A program made the translations under genes and the position numbers. A stretch of DNA of 64,000 bases from Candidatus Poseidoniales archaeon (GTDB taxonomy: Archaea; Thermoplasmatota; Poseidoniia; Poseidoniales; Poseidoniaceae): the NCBI GenBank assembly GCA_009887135.1, contig QXYA01000095.1, forward strand, positions 1,414 through 65,413, read 5' to 3'. Of the stretch, positions 18,781-29,080 are shown one piece after another. Under the pieces are notes generated by a model. The model saw only the letters and a program-made list of their open reading frames with translations. It made no database searches and was not told the origin of the DNA. How positions within the stretch are numbered: position 1 is the stretch's first letter; each line of letters begins with the position of its first letter.

Positions 18781-20181
18781 ATGGCTGACTGGCACCCCAC
18801 CGCATATCGGACACATACTCTCGCTGAAATTCAACAAAAAGGGGCAGACCTTGTCGGCCAAGAAGTCACAGTCGCTGGATTCATGGAAGCAAACAGAGGC
18901 AAAGGTGCCATTTGTTTCGTCGATATGAGAGATGGAACTGGAACTTCACAAGTTTTCCTCAAAGGAGACATCATTGGAGACGAAAAACTCGATCTCGTTC
19001 AACGTATGACTCGTGAATCAACATTGCAGTTCACTGGTACTGTTGCTCAAAAACGCCCACCGAAATTGAAGGAAGGAGAAACTCCGCCCCCACCTGCCTA
19101 TGAAATTGTAGCATCAGACGTTGTTGTTTTGACTCGGGCGAACGCACCGCTTCCGCTTGGAATTACTGATTCTGTAACCATTGGACTCGATACTCGTCTC
19201 GACAATCGTTTCCTCGATCTTCGCCGTGCCCATGTCAATGCTATGTTCACTCTTCGCTCAAAAGTACTGCAATATGGACGTGAACACCTCCTTACTGAAG
19301 GATTCAAAGAAATTAACACACCAAAAATCATTGCATCGGCTTCCGAAGGTGGAACAAATCTGTTCCCTATGATGTATTTCGATACTCCTGCATTCCTTTC
19401 ACAGAGCCCTCAATTGTACAAGCAACTCACTATTCTTGGAGGAATGGAACGTGTGTTTGAGATTGGACCTGCTTTTCGTGCAGAAAACCATGATACATAT
19501 CGCCACTTGAATGAATTCATTTCGTTCGATATTGAAGCAGCTTGGATGAATGATGATGACGTCATGGGTGTCCAAGAACGTATGATTCATCACATTTGGA
19601 AGACTGTAGCAGAAAACGATCAAGAACACATTGACACCATCAACGCCTTCAGAGAGAGTCAAGGTGATGATGCAATAACAGTAGATGTCCCTACAGTTCC
19701 CTTCCCACGCATCGAATATTGTGATGCAATTAAGATGATTCAAGATGCTGGCGAAGAGATTGCTTGGGGAGATGATATCGATTCTTCACATTGCGATATT
19801 ATTGCAGCAAAATACCCCGGTTTCCATTTCCTACCGCGATGGCCTATGGAAATGAAACCATTCTACATCCATCATATTCCTGGTGAAGTAGGAGCAACTG
19901 GTGAACAACTCAGCCGAGGATTTGATCTCAATTATGGTCGGGACGAGATGACAAGTGGTGGTCAGAGAGAACATAATGTCGAGATTCTTGAAGAAAATCT
20001 ACGTTCAAAAGGACTCAATCCTGAAGAGTTCTCTTTCTACACAGACGGTTTCAGGTTTGGAGCACCGCCACACGCTGGCTGGGGTCTTGGAGTTGCACGA
20101 CTGCTCATGGCACTGACTGGTTCAAGAAACGTACGAGAAACAGTCTTGTTCCCTCGGGACAGACATCGAGTTACACCCTGA
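18781..20181 (+). CDS. aspS: Aspartyl-tRNA synthetase, archaeal/eukaryal-type class IIb (an Asn-specific enzyme is not excluded)
   Basis: N-terminal OB anticodon-binding domain. Motif 2 is FRAENHDTYRHLNEF. Motif 3 is GFRFGAPPHAGWGLGVARL. The C-terminus is FPRDRHRVTP. Start chosen at MADWHPTAYRTHT. Confidence 0.65.
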   Translation: MADWHPTAYRTHTLAEIQQKGADLVGQEVTVAGFMEANRGKGAICFVDMRDGTGTSQVFLKGDIIGDEKLDLVQRMTRESTLQFTGTVAQKRPPKLKEGETPPPPAYEIVASDVVVLTRANAPLPLGITDSVTIGLDTRLDNRFLDLRRAHVNAMFTLRSKVLQYGREHLLTEGFKEINTPKIIASASEGGTNLFPMMYFDTPAFLSQSPQLYKQLTILGGMERVFEIGPAFRAENHDTYRHLNEFISFDIEAAWMNDDDVMGVQERMIHHIWKTVAENDQEHIDTINAFRESQGDDAITVDVPTVPFPRIEYCDAIKMIQDAGEEIAWGDDIDSSHCDIIAAKYPGFHFLPRWPMEMKPFYIHHIPGEVGATGEQLSRGFDLNYGRDEMTSGGQREHNVEILEENLRSKGLNPEEFSFYTDGFRFGAPPHAGWGLGVARLLMALTGSRNVRETVLFPRDRHRVTP

Positions 20182-20182
20182 G

Positions 20183-20938
20183 TTGACCAAGATGCCTGTT
20201 GACCGAATGCAATGGGGTGCAGATACATGGCAGTTTGCAGATTTGCATATGCCTGATGAACCATCACCGTTCCAAAACGATCATGGCGTCCCATGCATTA
20301 TGTTGATTCATGGTGGTTTTTGGAAGAAAGAGTACACGCTTGAATTGATGCAACCGATTGCCAATGCTCTCAGCGATGCTGGCGTTGCAGCATGGAATAT
20401 TGAATTCAAGCGTTGGAATGATGGAGATGAAGGCGTATGGATGGATACTCTTTCAGATGTTCTTCGAGCATGGGGTCAACTTGCTTTGTTACCCGGAATT
20501 GACGTTACAAGAAGCATGGTCATGGGTCATTCTGCAGGAGGTCATCTTGCTTTGTTGATGGCTAGTAAAGCAGAACGCAAACCGTGGCTTGCTATCGCCC
20601 AAGCACCAATTACAGACTTGTTTGGTGCTGATGATGCGAAACTAAGTGACGATGGTGATGCAATCCGTCGTTGGATTGGTTGTGAACCGTACAATAATGA
20701 AGAGGTTTGGCGACGACTCAATCCCGTTGATTTACCTCCTAAATCGCCAGTCCTCCTTCTTCATGGAGAGAAGGATGATGAGGTTCCAATCGAGCAAAGC
20801 GAGACTTATGCTCGAATAATGGAGGCGAAAGGATCTCATGTCCAAAAGGTATGGTTAACCGGCGATCATTTGAGTATCATTGATGCTGCAAGCGATGATT
20901 GGCTTGTACAGCAAGATACAATTCTAGACTGGTTGTAA
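20183..20938 (+). CDS. Alpha/beta hydrolase (esterase/lipase fold-3 type)
   Basis: HGGFW oxyanion motif and GHSAGGH nucleophile elbow. Its start is 1 nt after the aspS stop. Confidence 0.6.
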   Translation: MTKMPVDRMQWGADTWQFADLHMPDEPSPFQNDHGVPCIMLIHGGFWKKEYTLELMQPIANALSDAGVAAWNIEFKRWNDGDEGVWMDTLSDVLRAWGQLALLPGIDVTRSMVMGHSAGGHLALLMASKAERKPWLAIAQAPITDLFGADDAKLSDDGDAIRRWIGCEPYNNEEVWRRLNPVDLPPKSPVLLLHGEKDDEVPIEQSETYARIMEAKGSHVQKVWLTGDHLSIIDAASDDWLVQQDTILDWL

Positions 20939-20977
20939 GTCAAGAACCACTAAGACCAGTAATGCTCTCGGCGAGTC

Positions 20978-21790
20978 ATGAACCTCCTCGGCTCAGATGC
21001 AGTACTCGCTTCAAACGCTCTCTCTGGCAAAACGGCTCTCATCTGCGGAGCAAGTCGGGGCATCGGTGCTGCAACTGCACGGATTATGGCAGCAGCAGGG
21101 GCAAATGTCATTGTTTCAGCCCGAAACCAAGAACAACTAAATCACCTCGTTGAAGAACTGAATACTCTTGGTAACGGAAGCCATCAAACTCTTGTCATGG
21201 ATTTAGAGGATACAAAGGGTATTTCCAGTAAAATCAATCCACTCCTCGATCAAAACCCAATCCACATCCTTGTCAACAATGCAGCAGGACCTCCTGGTGG
21301 ACCGTTGCTCAACAGTACAGTCGAGGAACTAACCCAGCCATTTGGTAGACACTTGCACGCGGCTCATACCCTTGTTCAACTCCTTGTTCCAACAATGGAA
21401 TCTGAGGGATATGGGCGAATTATTCAGATTGTCTCTACAAGCGTTCGTGAACCAATTCCAAATCTTGGCGTTTCTAATACACTACGAGGAGCAATGGCTT
21501 CTTGGGCAAAATCACTATCCAGAGAACTCGCTCCATGCATCACCATCAACAATGTGTTGCCTGGTTTCACAGATACTGAACGGCTAGGAAGTCTCGCCCA
21601 ATCGATTCATGATCGAACTGGAAAATCGCTTGAATCAATTCATGATGGATGGATGAGTCAGGTTCCAATTGAAAGACTCATCGATCCACTTGAAACTGCC
21701 TCTGTCATTGCATTCCTTTCGACCCCAGCTGCTGGAGCAATACGTGGAGTTTCTCTTCCTGTCGATGGTGGCCGATTGAGAAGTATCTGA
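20978..21790 (+). CDS. SDR family NAD(P)-dependent oxidoreductase
   Basis: Gly-rich motif TALICGASRGIGAATA. NNAG motif LVNNAAG. 270 aa. Confidence 0.8.
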   Translation: MNLLGSDAVLASNALSGKTALICGASRGIGAATARIMAAAGANVIVSARNQEQLNHLVEELNTLGNGSHQTLVMDLEDTKGISSKINPLLDQNPIHILVNNAAGPPGGPLLNSTVEELTQPFGRHLHAAHTLVQLLVPTMESEGYGRIIQIVSTSVREPIPNLGVSNTLRGAMASWAKSLSRELAPCITINNVLPGFTDTERLGSLAQSIHDRTGKSLESIHDGWMSQVPIERLIDPLETASVIAFLSTPAAGAIRGVSLPVDGGRLRSI

Positions 21791-22086
21791 TTTTGGCTTT
21801 CCGATATTCAACCTCAGGTTGCTAAAAACGACCATATCATGGGATAACGTCAATACACAAATGATGATGGATGAACTTATGGGACACTTAGAAGATGTCA
21901 ATATGACGTATTTTGCACATATGAAAAGGGCATTCTCTCTCTCATTCCGGTATGGTTTGAGTGCAGTTCAACTCATGATCCATGGACTTTTACCATTCTT
22001 ATTCATTGATGCTGGGAAAAAAGCAGCAGATTCCTATGAACGTGGTTGAACATTCTCTGCTTTATTTAGAGAAGTTAAAACGGGGC

Positions 22087-23748
22087 TTATTCTTCCTCAA
22101 TCAATTCGAACGTGTTGAAGAATTCATCAATATCGATGACGCCATTTTCATCCAAATCTACATTGTGGAAAATGATTCTTGATTCGTCCGAAGTAAACGA
22201 GAACCCGAGCGCAGAAAGAGCATTTTGGAATTCTCGACAAGTCAAATGATTCTTGCCTCCAAAATCAGCCGCATGGAAAACTGAAAGTCTCTTCTCATGT
22301 TCCGTTTCCGATGTGAATTTAAATTGATTTTTGAATGTGCTAAGGGGTGTAGTTGAAACGGTAGCATGTTTCTTCCCATACAGATAGTACGTGATCGAGC
22401 CCACGAGGATTGCTACACCGCCTCCGATGAAGGCTTTCTGTCCAATGAATGTCAGCAAGAAAGCTCCTGCAACAACACCCCATATGTGCATGAATGGGTA
22501 CAGGGGTCCTTTGTATGAAGGATTCCAATCGTGTTCTTTACTGGTTTGTCGTAGAATAATCACACATGTGTTGATCATTATGAAAATCATAATCTTGAAT
22601 CCAGAAGCCACCTTAACGACGTCCTTCAACGGCACGAATAGAATCGCAAGACCCATGGCCACACCCGTGATGAGGATTGGGAAATGTGGAGTTTCAAATC
22701 GTGCGTTGACGTCTTCAAGTGCTTGAGGCAGAAGGTTGTCACGAGACATTGCAAAGAGGAATCGGGATGCTGCAAGGATTCCTGCAAGAGCCATGGAAAT
22801 CATTGTTAGAACAGAAATAATTGCGGCAAAAATACCAAACTTCGTCCCAGCCACTTCCTCTGCAAATATGAATATAGGATTTTCAACGACTTCGCCATTC
22901 GGATCAAGCCACCATTCACCGGGTATAGCAGCCATCATGAGGAAGGCTATTGCTGAATACAACACTGTTGCAATCAAAAGAGACAGCATGATACCTGCTG
23001 GAAGATTCTTCTCTGGGTTTTTGACTTCTCCTCCAATCGCTGCAACTTTCGTAACACCTGCGTAAGCTACGAAGACAAACGCTGCAGCCTCTGCGAGAGA
23101 CCAGACGTCTGTATTGAGTGCGCCATCAATTGGGCGGCTCATATTGAAATCATCAACAAAAAATGCTGCTGCACAGAGGAACATAAGGAGAGATACGGTT
23201 ACGATAACGACTGGAGTTTGAATCGCTTTGACCTTTTTGACACCGAGTAGATTCACAATTGTAATCAGGACTAACGCGCTCAGTGATAACACCAATATGT
23301 CCAATTCAATGTCAAAGTATGTTGTTACAACAACAAAATATGCAGAGAATCCAATTAACGCAAATGCGGATTTCAAAAGAAAAGATGTCCAAAGCCCTAG
23401 TCCACTGATTGTACCAATAAGCGGTCCATATGTGCGTTCCATGTAAACGTATGAACCTCCACTTGATGGCATTCCCGAGGCTAATTCTGATTTGGAGATT
23501 GCAGCAGGTAAGACCACTGATGCTGCTAGAAGGAATGCGAGCCAAATCCCCGGACCCATGATTTCAGCGGCAAACGTTGGAGTAATGAAAATACCAGGAA
23601 GCATTGCAGAGAGGGAAATGATCACGACACCAGCCAAACCGATTGTTCGGCTTAGTGTATTCTTGATTCGCTCTGGAACTTTCTCAAGTAAAGCATCAAC
23701 ATGGGAATTAACAAGAACAGAACTTGGACGAATCGTTCCCATATGCAT
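22087..23748 (-). CDS. APC-superfamily amino-acid permease fused to a C-terminal EF-hand pair
   Basis: About 12 TM helices of the amino-acid/polyamine transporter type. The C-terminal ~70 aa contains the canonical loop DLDENGVIDIDE plus a degenerate partner loop. Confidence 0.75.
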   Translation of the reverse strand: MHMGTIRPSSVLVNSHVDALLEKVPERIKNTLSRTIGLAGVVIISLSAMLPGIFITPTFAAEIMGPGIWLAFLLAASVVLPAAISKSELASGMPSSGGSYVYMERTYGPLIGTISGLGLWTSFLLKSAFALIGFSAYFVVVTTYFDIELDILVLSLSALVLITIVNLLGVKKVKAIQTPVVIVTVSLLMFLCAAAFFVDDFNMSRPIDGALNTDVWSLAEAAAFVFVAYAGVTKVAAIGGEVKNPEKNLPAGIMLSLLIATVLYSAIAFLMMAAIPGEWWLDPNGEVVENPIFIFAEEVAGTKFGIFAAIISVLTMISMALAGILAASRFLFAMSRDNLLPQALEDVNARFETPHFPILITGVAMGLAILFVPLKDVVKVASGFKIMIFIMINTCVIILRQTSKEHDWNPSYKGPLYPFMHIWGVVAGAFLLTFIGQKAFIGGGVAILVGSITYYLYGKKHATVSTTPLSTFKNQFKFTSETEHEKRLSVFHAADFGGKNHLTCREFQNALSALGFSFTSDESRIIFHNVDLDENGVIDIDEFFNTFELIEEE

Positions 23749-23834
23749 TACCCCCTGATTCCGACAATAAAAAGCGGTATGATTGACCTCAAGAGCACTC
23801 AGATTATATTTACTTGCCTTTATTTCAGATACAT

Positions 23835-23853
23835 GTTACCGTATTACGGTAAC
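23835..23853. promoter_or_regulatory. Perfect 9-1-9 palindrome GTTACCGTA-T-TACGGTAAC, a candidate operator or terminator hairpin
   Basis: Overlaps the stop codon of the LigB-RidA gene. It lies about 90 bp upstream of the permease start. A TATA-like TTTTTATT sits on the minus strand at 23763-23772. Confidence 0.35.
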
Positions 23854-25250
23854 TATATCTTGGCGATAACCTTCATTTCAACAGCGATAGGCGTTGGTAA
23901 GGCGCGAATGGCTAGAGTCGTCCTTGTTGGCCCATAGTGGCCAAGCGTTTCAGCCCAGACCTCATTGTAGCCTGCGAAATCTCGATCCATGTCTACTAAA
24001 AATGAAGTTACATCGACAATCTTGTCCATTGATGAACCTGCTTCTTCTAAGATTCGTGCGATGTTTTCTACAACTGCTCGTGTTTGCGCTTTGATATCAT
24101 ATTCGACAGGGTTTCCGTCATCATCTCGAATAGGACCGCCAGGGATTGCATTTGTACCAGGTTGCCGTGGACCAACACCTGAAAGATAGAGTAGATCTCC
24201 TACTTGACGAGCATGCGGATACATACCAACTGGTTTAGGGGCAGCTTTGCTGTTCACCGCACCTTGACTCTCAGGAGGTTCCCAAAGCGCAGGGCCTGTT
24301 TGAGGGGTCAATGGTTCATCAGATTCAGTGGAATGCTCTTCTGCATCGAGAACATTTCGCTCACCTCTGTAGTATTCAACATCGTCCTCATCGTATTCCT
24401 TATCGCCCATTCCAGTTGAGGTCGGATCGAGTTGGACAACAGCACCACCTGCTCCATGAAGTGCCTCGTAAGCAAGGACACGTCCTGTGAGATTGTTTCG
24501 GTTACCGTTCATTGCTGAGAGCCACCACATCGGTTTGAATGTGACAACTTTTTGAACGCGTATTTGTTGATGGATTGTTCTTGATAATTGAGCTACATCT
24601 TCGAGACGACCCTCTTCGAGGAACTCCAATACTTTACGATTCCATTCATCGTCCTTCAAGGAATGAATGCGATCATCAGATGGGTCGATAAATTCGGTAA
24701 ACATCCGATTTGACATTGACATTGCAGTGACTGCCACGGCTTTACGCCCAGTCTTTTTGATAACATCGAGACATGCCTTTGCGAGAACAGTTGTTTCTGA
24801 ACGATTCGCATAAACGTTTGATGATACGATGACAGCAGGAATAGCATTGTCAGGATTGAGGAGTTTAAGGGCTACAACAGACCCTACATCAATAGGAAAA
24901 CCGTGGTATGCAACAGTTCTGCTTTGGAGACCACGATTGTGATTGGCTGCATTCCATGCTTCAGCAAATTCAGCATCGATATTGAATGAATAGTCCATCG
25001 ACCCAAGATCATGGAAATCCTGATCCACGAGTGTCCATTGAGGATTAGGATCTGCTTGTATTTGATGACCTATGATGCTTGGCCAAGTTGTCGAATAGAT
25101 GATGAGAAGATCTGCACCGCTTTCTTTGATTGCATCTCTGGCTTCATCAAAGGCAGCTCGAATTCGGCCCCACCCTTCGTTCTGTTCTGGGACAAGAAGT
25201 GGATGTGGATGAACTGGAACGACATAGGAACCAACAAGAGAACCGTTCAT
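23853..25250 (-). CDS. Fusion protein: N-terminal LigB-family (class III extradiol dioxygenase, non-catalytic alpha-like) domain + C-terminal RidA/YjgF deaminase domain
   Basis: The N-terminus (VVPVHPHPLLVP...) parallels the adjacent LigB-like ORF but lacks the SxH region. The C-terminal 130 aa (YLSGVGPRQPG...TTLAIRALPTPIAVEMKVIAKI) is a typical RidA fold. Confidence 0.6.
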   Translation of the reverse strand: MNGSLVGSYVVPVHPHPLLVPEQNEGWGRIRAAFDEARDAIKESGADLLIIYSTTWPSIIGHQIQADPNPQWTLVDQDFHDLGSMDYSFNIDAEFAEAWNAANHNRGLQSRTVAYHGFPIDVGSVVALKLLNPDNAIPAVIVSSNVYANRSETTVLAKACLDVIKKTGRKAVAVTAMSMSNRMFTEFIDPSDDRIHSLKDDEWNRKVLEFLEEGRLEDVAQLSRTIHQQIRVQKVVTFKPMWWLSAMNGNRNNLTGRVLAYEALHGAGGAVVQLDPTSTGMGDKEYDEDDVEYYRGERNVLDAEEHSTESDEPLTPQTGPALWEPPESQGAVNSKAAPKPVGMYPHARQVGDLLYLSGVGPRQPGTNAIPGGPIRDDDGNPVEYDIKAQTRAVVENIARILEEAGSSMDKIVDVTSFLVDMDRDFAGYNEVWAETLGHYGPTRTTLAIRALPTPIAVEMKVIAKI

Positions 25251-26206
25251 TGTGCATCACCCTCGTGTGCATAGCAAGGCCATTCAACAATCGCATTACC
25301 AGTTCCTATAATCGTTCCATAACCATGCAGGATAGCAGGGTAGTTAGGAACAGATAACGTACTGAGAAGCCACGTCAAGCCGCCCCCATCAGATTCTGCA
25401 ATCGCTTGCTCAGTAAATTCAGGCATTTCATCAAGAATTCGCTGAGCCTGTCCAGTTCGCATGTAATCGATAATCCGCATGTCCCACAAATGCATTGCAT
25501 GACTGGCAATGTGCTCTTTACTCATATCTTCTGGAACCTCAGATTCAGTGGTAAAATGACGGTGGGAAAGAGAATTAGAAGCAAGGATAACGGCTTTCTT
25601 ACCGCTTTCTTCAATCGCTTCTCTGGTAACTCGTCCAAGTTCCATCATCATTTCTTGCATCACTTCAACCGAATAATAATGCGTCGAACGGTTTGATGAA
25701 ATAACCACTAAGGGTTTGTCGAATGCTGGATTCACCATGTGTCCTGTGGTGATGGTACCGTAATCGACACGGAAATCTGGATTCTCCATCATCTTTACAG
25801 CAAGGCCCGAACCCTTTGCTTTGTCATGGATAGCCTGGCTCAATTCAACATCGATGTTCATATCGTAGTTGTAACGAAACAAATTTGGGAAAACAGGATC
25901 CACCGATAATCCTTCGAAATGAGGTATTCCAAGGAAATGTGTACCTACATATGTTTGCCAATGAGGAGAAAGCAGAACCAATACGTCATGATCAATATTC
26001 GAAAGAGATTCTCGAAGACGTTCATAACCCCAACGTAATTGCTCCCAACCTCCTTCAGAAGTTGGTTCGTTCTGCGGAGGGTTTTCTGCATATACGAGGT
26101 GAGGGGGGTGAGGGGCTAGACAGCCTGCTACAATCGAACCTTTCGCCATGAGTGTCGGTGCAAGTTCCGTCATATGGATGCATCGCTGCCAGATGCCAAG
26201 ACTCAA
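25247..26206 (-). CDS. LigB-family class III extradiol ring-cleavage dioxygenase, catalytic beta-like subunit
   Basis: Motifs LAPHPPHLV, LLSPHWQ and LASNSLSHRHF. 319 aa. Overlaps the upstream gene by 4 nt. Confidence 0.6.
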   Translation of the reverse strand: MSLGIWQRCIHMTELAPTLMAKGSIVAGCLAPHPPHLVYAENPPQNEPTSEGGWEQLRWGYERLRESLSNIDHDVLVLLSPHWQTYVGTHFLGIPHFEGLSVDPVFPNLFRYNYDMNIDVELSQAIHDKAKGSGLAVKMMENPDFRVDYGTITTGHMVNPAFDKPLVVISSNRSTHYYSVEVMQEMMMELGRVTREAIEESGKKAVILASNSLSHRHFTTESEVPEDMSKEHIASHAMHLWDMRIIDYMRTGQAQRILDEMPEFTEQAIAESDGGGLTWLLSTLSVPNYPAILHGYGTIIGTGNAIVEWPCYAHEGDAQ

Positions 26207-26230
26207 ACGAGGAAAGCATAACCACTACAC

Positions 26231-26758
26231 ATGGGAGAAGAAGACATGGATGCTTCTGAGTCTATTCTCGTCAATGAATCCGAGACCTCTCTGGTTGTTG
26301 AAGAGCATTCTACACCTGTATCAGAAAGTGAAATCTTCAAAGATATGCTTCGACATATGATGGCTCCGCTCATCCTTGGAATGCTCTTTGGGTCTATCTG
26401 GCAAATCGTGGTTATGCCGAAGATTGACTTTTTTCCTAATCCCGTCCACGGTTCGTTCATGATTTATCTTGTACTCTCGCCATTGATTTACAAATTCCTC
26501 GTTGGGCAAGAGATGAGACGTGCCAAAGAGTATGCACTCGGAGTTCTATCTGTTGCTATCGTGCTATCGGTGGTTTGGATTCTCCCCCAACAATCATCCT
26601 TGTACTGTGGCGTTTTTTTGACGGGAATCGCTTGGCTATGGTTGAGTTCATTCTGGTTACAGTTTGAATTCCCACCGTTCCGATACGGCTTATGGCATGC
26701 AATTGCAGTCAACATAGGAGCCTTTGGAGGAAGTGTCCTCACGTACATCTACATCTGA
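26231..26758 (+). CDS. Hypothetical membrane protein (175 aa, 4 TM)
   Basis: Hydrophobic helices after an acidic N-terminus. No family assigned. Confidence 0.35.
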   Translation: MGEEDMDASESILVNESETSLVVEEHSTPVSESEIFKDMLRHMMAPLILGMLFGSIWQIVVMPKIDFFPNPVHGSFMIYLVLSPLIYKFLVGQEMRRAKEYALGVLSVAIVLSVVWILPQQSSLYCGVFLTGIAWLWLSSFWLQFEFPPFRYGLWHAIAVNIGAFGGSVLTYIYI

Positions 26759-27580
26759 TCAGGATGTATAAGATTCAGATTCGCTCGGGAAGTCGCCCGA
26801 ACGAACATCATCGCAATACGAGCGAATTGCAGTATCAATATCCTCTGCAAGATTGAGATATCGGCGTAAGAAACGTGGCGAGAAATCCATTGTGATTCCA
26901 AGCAGATCGTGCAGAACGAGAACTTGTCCATCACAATGAGGCCCTGCGCCAATTCCAATCACTGGAATTGTCAATTCCTGTTGAACTCTTTGAGCCAAAT
27001 CTTTCGGGATTTTTTCGAGAACAATGGCAAAGCAACCAGCCTTTTCCAATAACTTAGCATCTTCAATGAGTTTGTCTGCTTCCTCGTCTTCCTTTGCTCG
27101 CACTGAATAGGTACCAAACTTGTAGATGCTTTGTGGTGTAAGACCGAGATGACCCATGACCGGAATTCCAGCTGTAAGGATACGTTCAATCGATTCAACG
27201 ATTTCAGAACCACCTTCGAGTTTGACAGCATGTCCTTCTGCTTCTTTCATAATTCGAACTGCTGAGTCAAGAGCGAGGCGGGAGTTTCCCTGATAAGAAC
27301 CAAATGGCATATCTACAACGATAAGGGCTCGATCAACTGCTCGTTGAACACACTGAGCATGATAGATCATATGGTCGAGTGTCATTGGAACCGTTGTGAC
27401 TTGTCCAGCCATGACATTTGATGCTGAATCACCAACAAGAATCACGTCGACACCTGCTCCATCAACAAGACGAGCAAGTGAATAATCATATGCAGTAAGC
27501 ATAGTGATTGGTTCTTTGACTCGCTTCATTTCTTGTAAGGTATGTGTTGTTACCTTGGTTGCTTTTCCATGAATTGACAT
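26759..27580 (-). CDS. panB: 3-methyl-2-oxobutanoate hydroxymethyltransferase (ketopantoate hydroxymethyltransferase)
   Basis: Motifs [34 protein letters not shown] and [12 protein letters not shown]. 273 aa. Confidence 0.8.
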   Translation of the reverse strand: MSIHGKATKVTTHTLQEMKRVKEPITMLTAYDYSLARLVDGAGVDVILVGDSASNVMAGQVTTVPMTLDHMIYHAQCVQRAVDRALIVVDMPFGSYQGNSRLALDSAVRIMKEAEGHAVKLEGGSEIVESIERILTAGIPVMGHLGLTPQSIYKFGTYSVRAKEDEEADKLIEDAKLLEKAGCFAIVLEKIPKDLAQRVQQELTIPVIGIGAGPHCDGQVLVLHDLLGITMDFSPRFLRRYLNLAEDIDTAIRSYCDDVRSGDFPSESESYTS

Positions 27581-27634
27581 AGGTCTCCCTCATGTTTCCG
27601 ATTGGCTTCTACGTTTCAAAGTCTCGCTATGAAA

Positions 27635-29080
27635 TTAATCATGTTTAATGCAAACATTGAGCGGTACTGAGAAGAATCCAAGACTCCAGCGGCCACCTTC
27701 GCGACCAACTCCAGAATGTTTCACGCCACCGAATGGTGTTCGTAAATCTCGATGCAGCCATGTGTTAATCCAGATGATACCTGTATCGATTTTCTGGGCA
27801 ATGGAATGTCCACGCTCTGTATCTCCAGTCCAGATAGATCCGGCTAAACCATAATCAGTCGCATTTGCCATCTCAATGGCTTCTTCATCTGATGAGAAAC
27901 GATGGATGGTTACAACAGGACCAAAGATTTCTTCTCGAGCAGTCCTGGACAGATGAGACAAGCCTGAAATCAAGGTCGGTCGAAGAAACGCTCCTTCAGG
28001 TGTAGGGCCAGGAGGACCTGTCATTTCTCTTGTCCCTCCAGTTAGAATCGTTCCACCTTCTTGGATTGCCAAGTTGATGTACGATTCCACCTTCTCTACA
28101 TGAGCCATATTGATCAAAGCCCCGACTTGAGTTTCCGGGTGGTTCGGATCACCACATTGCATTGAGGAGACCTGAGCGACGAGATGTTGTGTAAATTCCT
28201 CTGCAATCGATTCATGGACAAGGATTCTTGAACCACAAAGACAGACTTGTCCTGAGTTCGTGAAACCTGCACGGATTGCCCCTTGCACTGCTTGATTCAT
28301 TTCAGCATCATCAAGAATGATTGTTGCATTTTTACCACCTAATTCCAATGACAATTTCTTGAACATTGGTGCGGCAGTTGCAGCAACATGCCGTCCTGTA
28401 TCAGTGCCCCCCGTGAATGAAATGGCTTTGATACCTTCATGCTCAAGAATCTGTTGACCAACTTCTGGACCGTACCCATTGACGATGTTCAAGACACCAT
28501 CTGGCAATCCAATCTCTTGACAGACTTCTGCAAGCAAATGTGCTGTTAACGGTGTCAATTCACTGGGTTTTGCTACAATGACATTTCCCATGAGAAGAGC
28601 GGGTGCTACTTTCCAACTCAGAAGATACAGAGGGAGATTCCATGGTGTAATCAAGCCCACAATACCGATTGGTCGTCGATGAACGATATTTGTCGCATCA
28701 TCCATTTCGAAGACCAGATCTTCCTGTTCACGAGCAAATTCGGCAAAGAAACGAAAGTTCTCAACTGACCGCTTCGCATCAACCCTTTGTGCACGAGACC
28801 ATGGTTTCCCCGTCTCCACCGCTTCTCTTTGTGCCAGTTCTTCGCTTCGAGATTCGAGAGCATCAGCGATGGCTTCCAGCCAATCTGCTCGGTCATCGAG
28901 TGTCAAATCAGCCCATTCATGCTGGGCGACACGCGCTGCAGCTACTGCGCGATACACATCGGGTTGTTTGGAACGAGGAATCGTTCCGATGAGTTGCCCC
29001 GTTGCTGGAGCAAGATTTTCAAGTGTCGTGTGATCAACAGCATCAACGAATTCTCCACCGATGAAATTCTGAACATTCAT
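27635..29080 (-). CDS. NAD(P)+-dependent aldehyde dehydrogenase
   Basis: ALDH catalytic motifs LELGGKNATII and FTNSGQVCLCGSRILV. 481 aa. Confidence 0.85.
   Translation of the reverse strand: MNVQNFIGGEFVDAVDHTTLENLAPATGQLIGTIPRSKQPDVYRAVAAARVAQHEWADLTLDDRADWLEAIADALESRSEELAQREAVETGKPWSRAQRVDAKRSVENFRFFAEFAREQEDLVFEMDDATNIVHRRPIGIVGLITPWNLPLYLLSWKVAPALLMGNVIVAKPSELTPLTAHLLAEVCQEIGLPDGVLNIVNGYGPEVGQQILEHEGIKAISFTGGTDTGRHVAATAAPMFKKLSLELGGKNATIILDDAEMNQAVQGAIRAGFTNSGQVCLCGSRILVHESIAEEFTQHLVAQVSSMQCGDPNHPETQVGALINMAHVEKVESYINLAIQEGGTILTGGTREMTGPPGPTPEGAFLRPTLISGLSHLSRTAREEIFGPVVTIHRFSSDEEAIEMANATDYGLAGSIWTGDTERGHSIAQKIDTGIIWINTWLHRDLRTPFGGVKHSGVGREGGRWSLGFFSVPLNVCIKHD

Noticed and set aside
20183-20938. 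Kynurenine-formamidase-like role linking this hydrolase to the aminophenol cluster
   Set aside because: The HGGxW/GxSxG motifs are generic fold-3 esterase features. The gene is 3 kb away from the cluster and on the opposite strand, so there is no support beyond speculation.
21819-22049. 76-aa ORF in the 300-bp convergent intergenic region between the SDR gene and the permease
   Set aside because: No recognisable domain. A spurious ORF in an AT-rich spacer cannot be excluded. Left unannotated.
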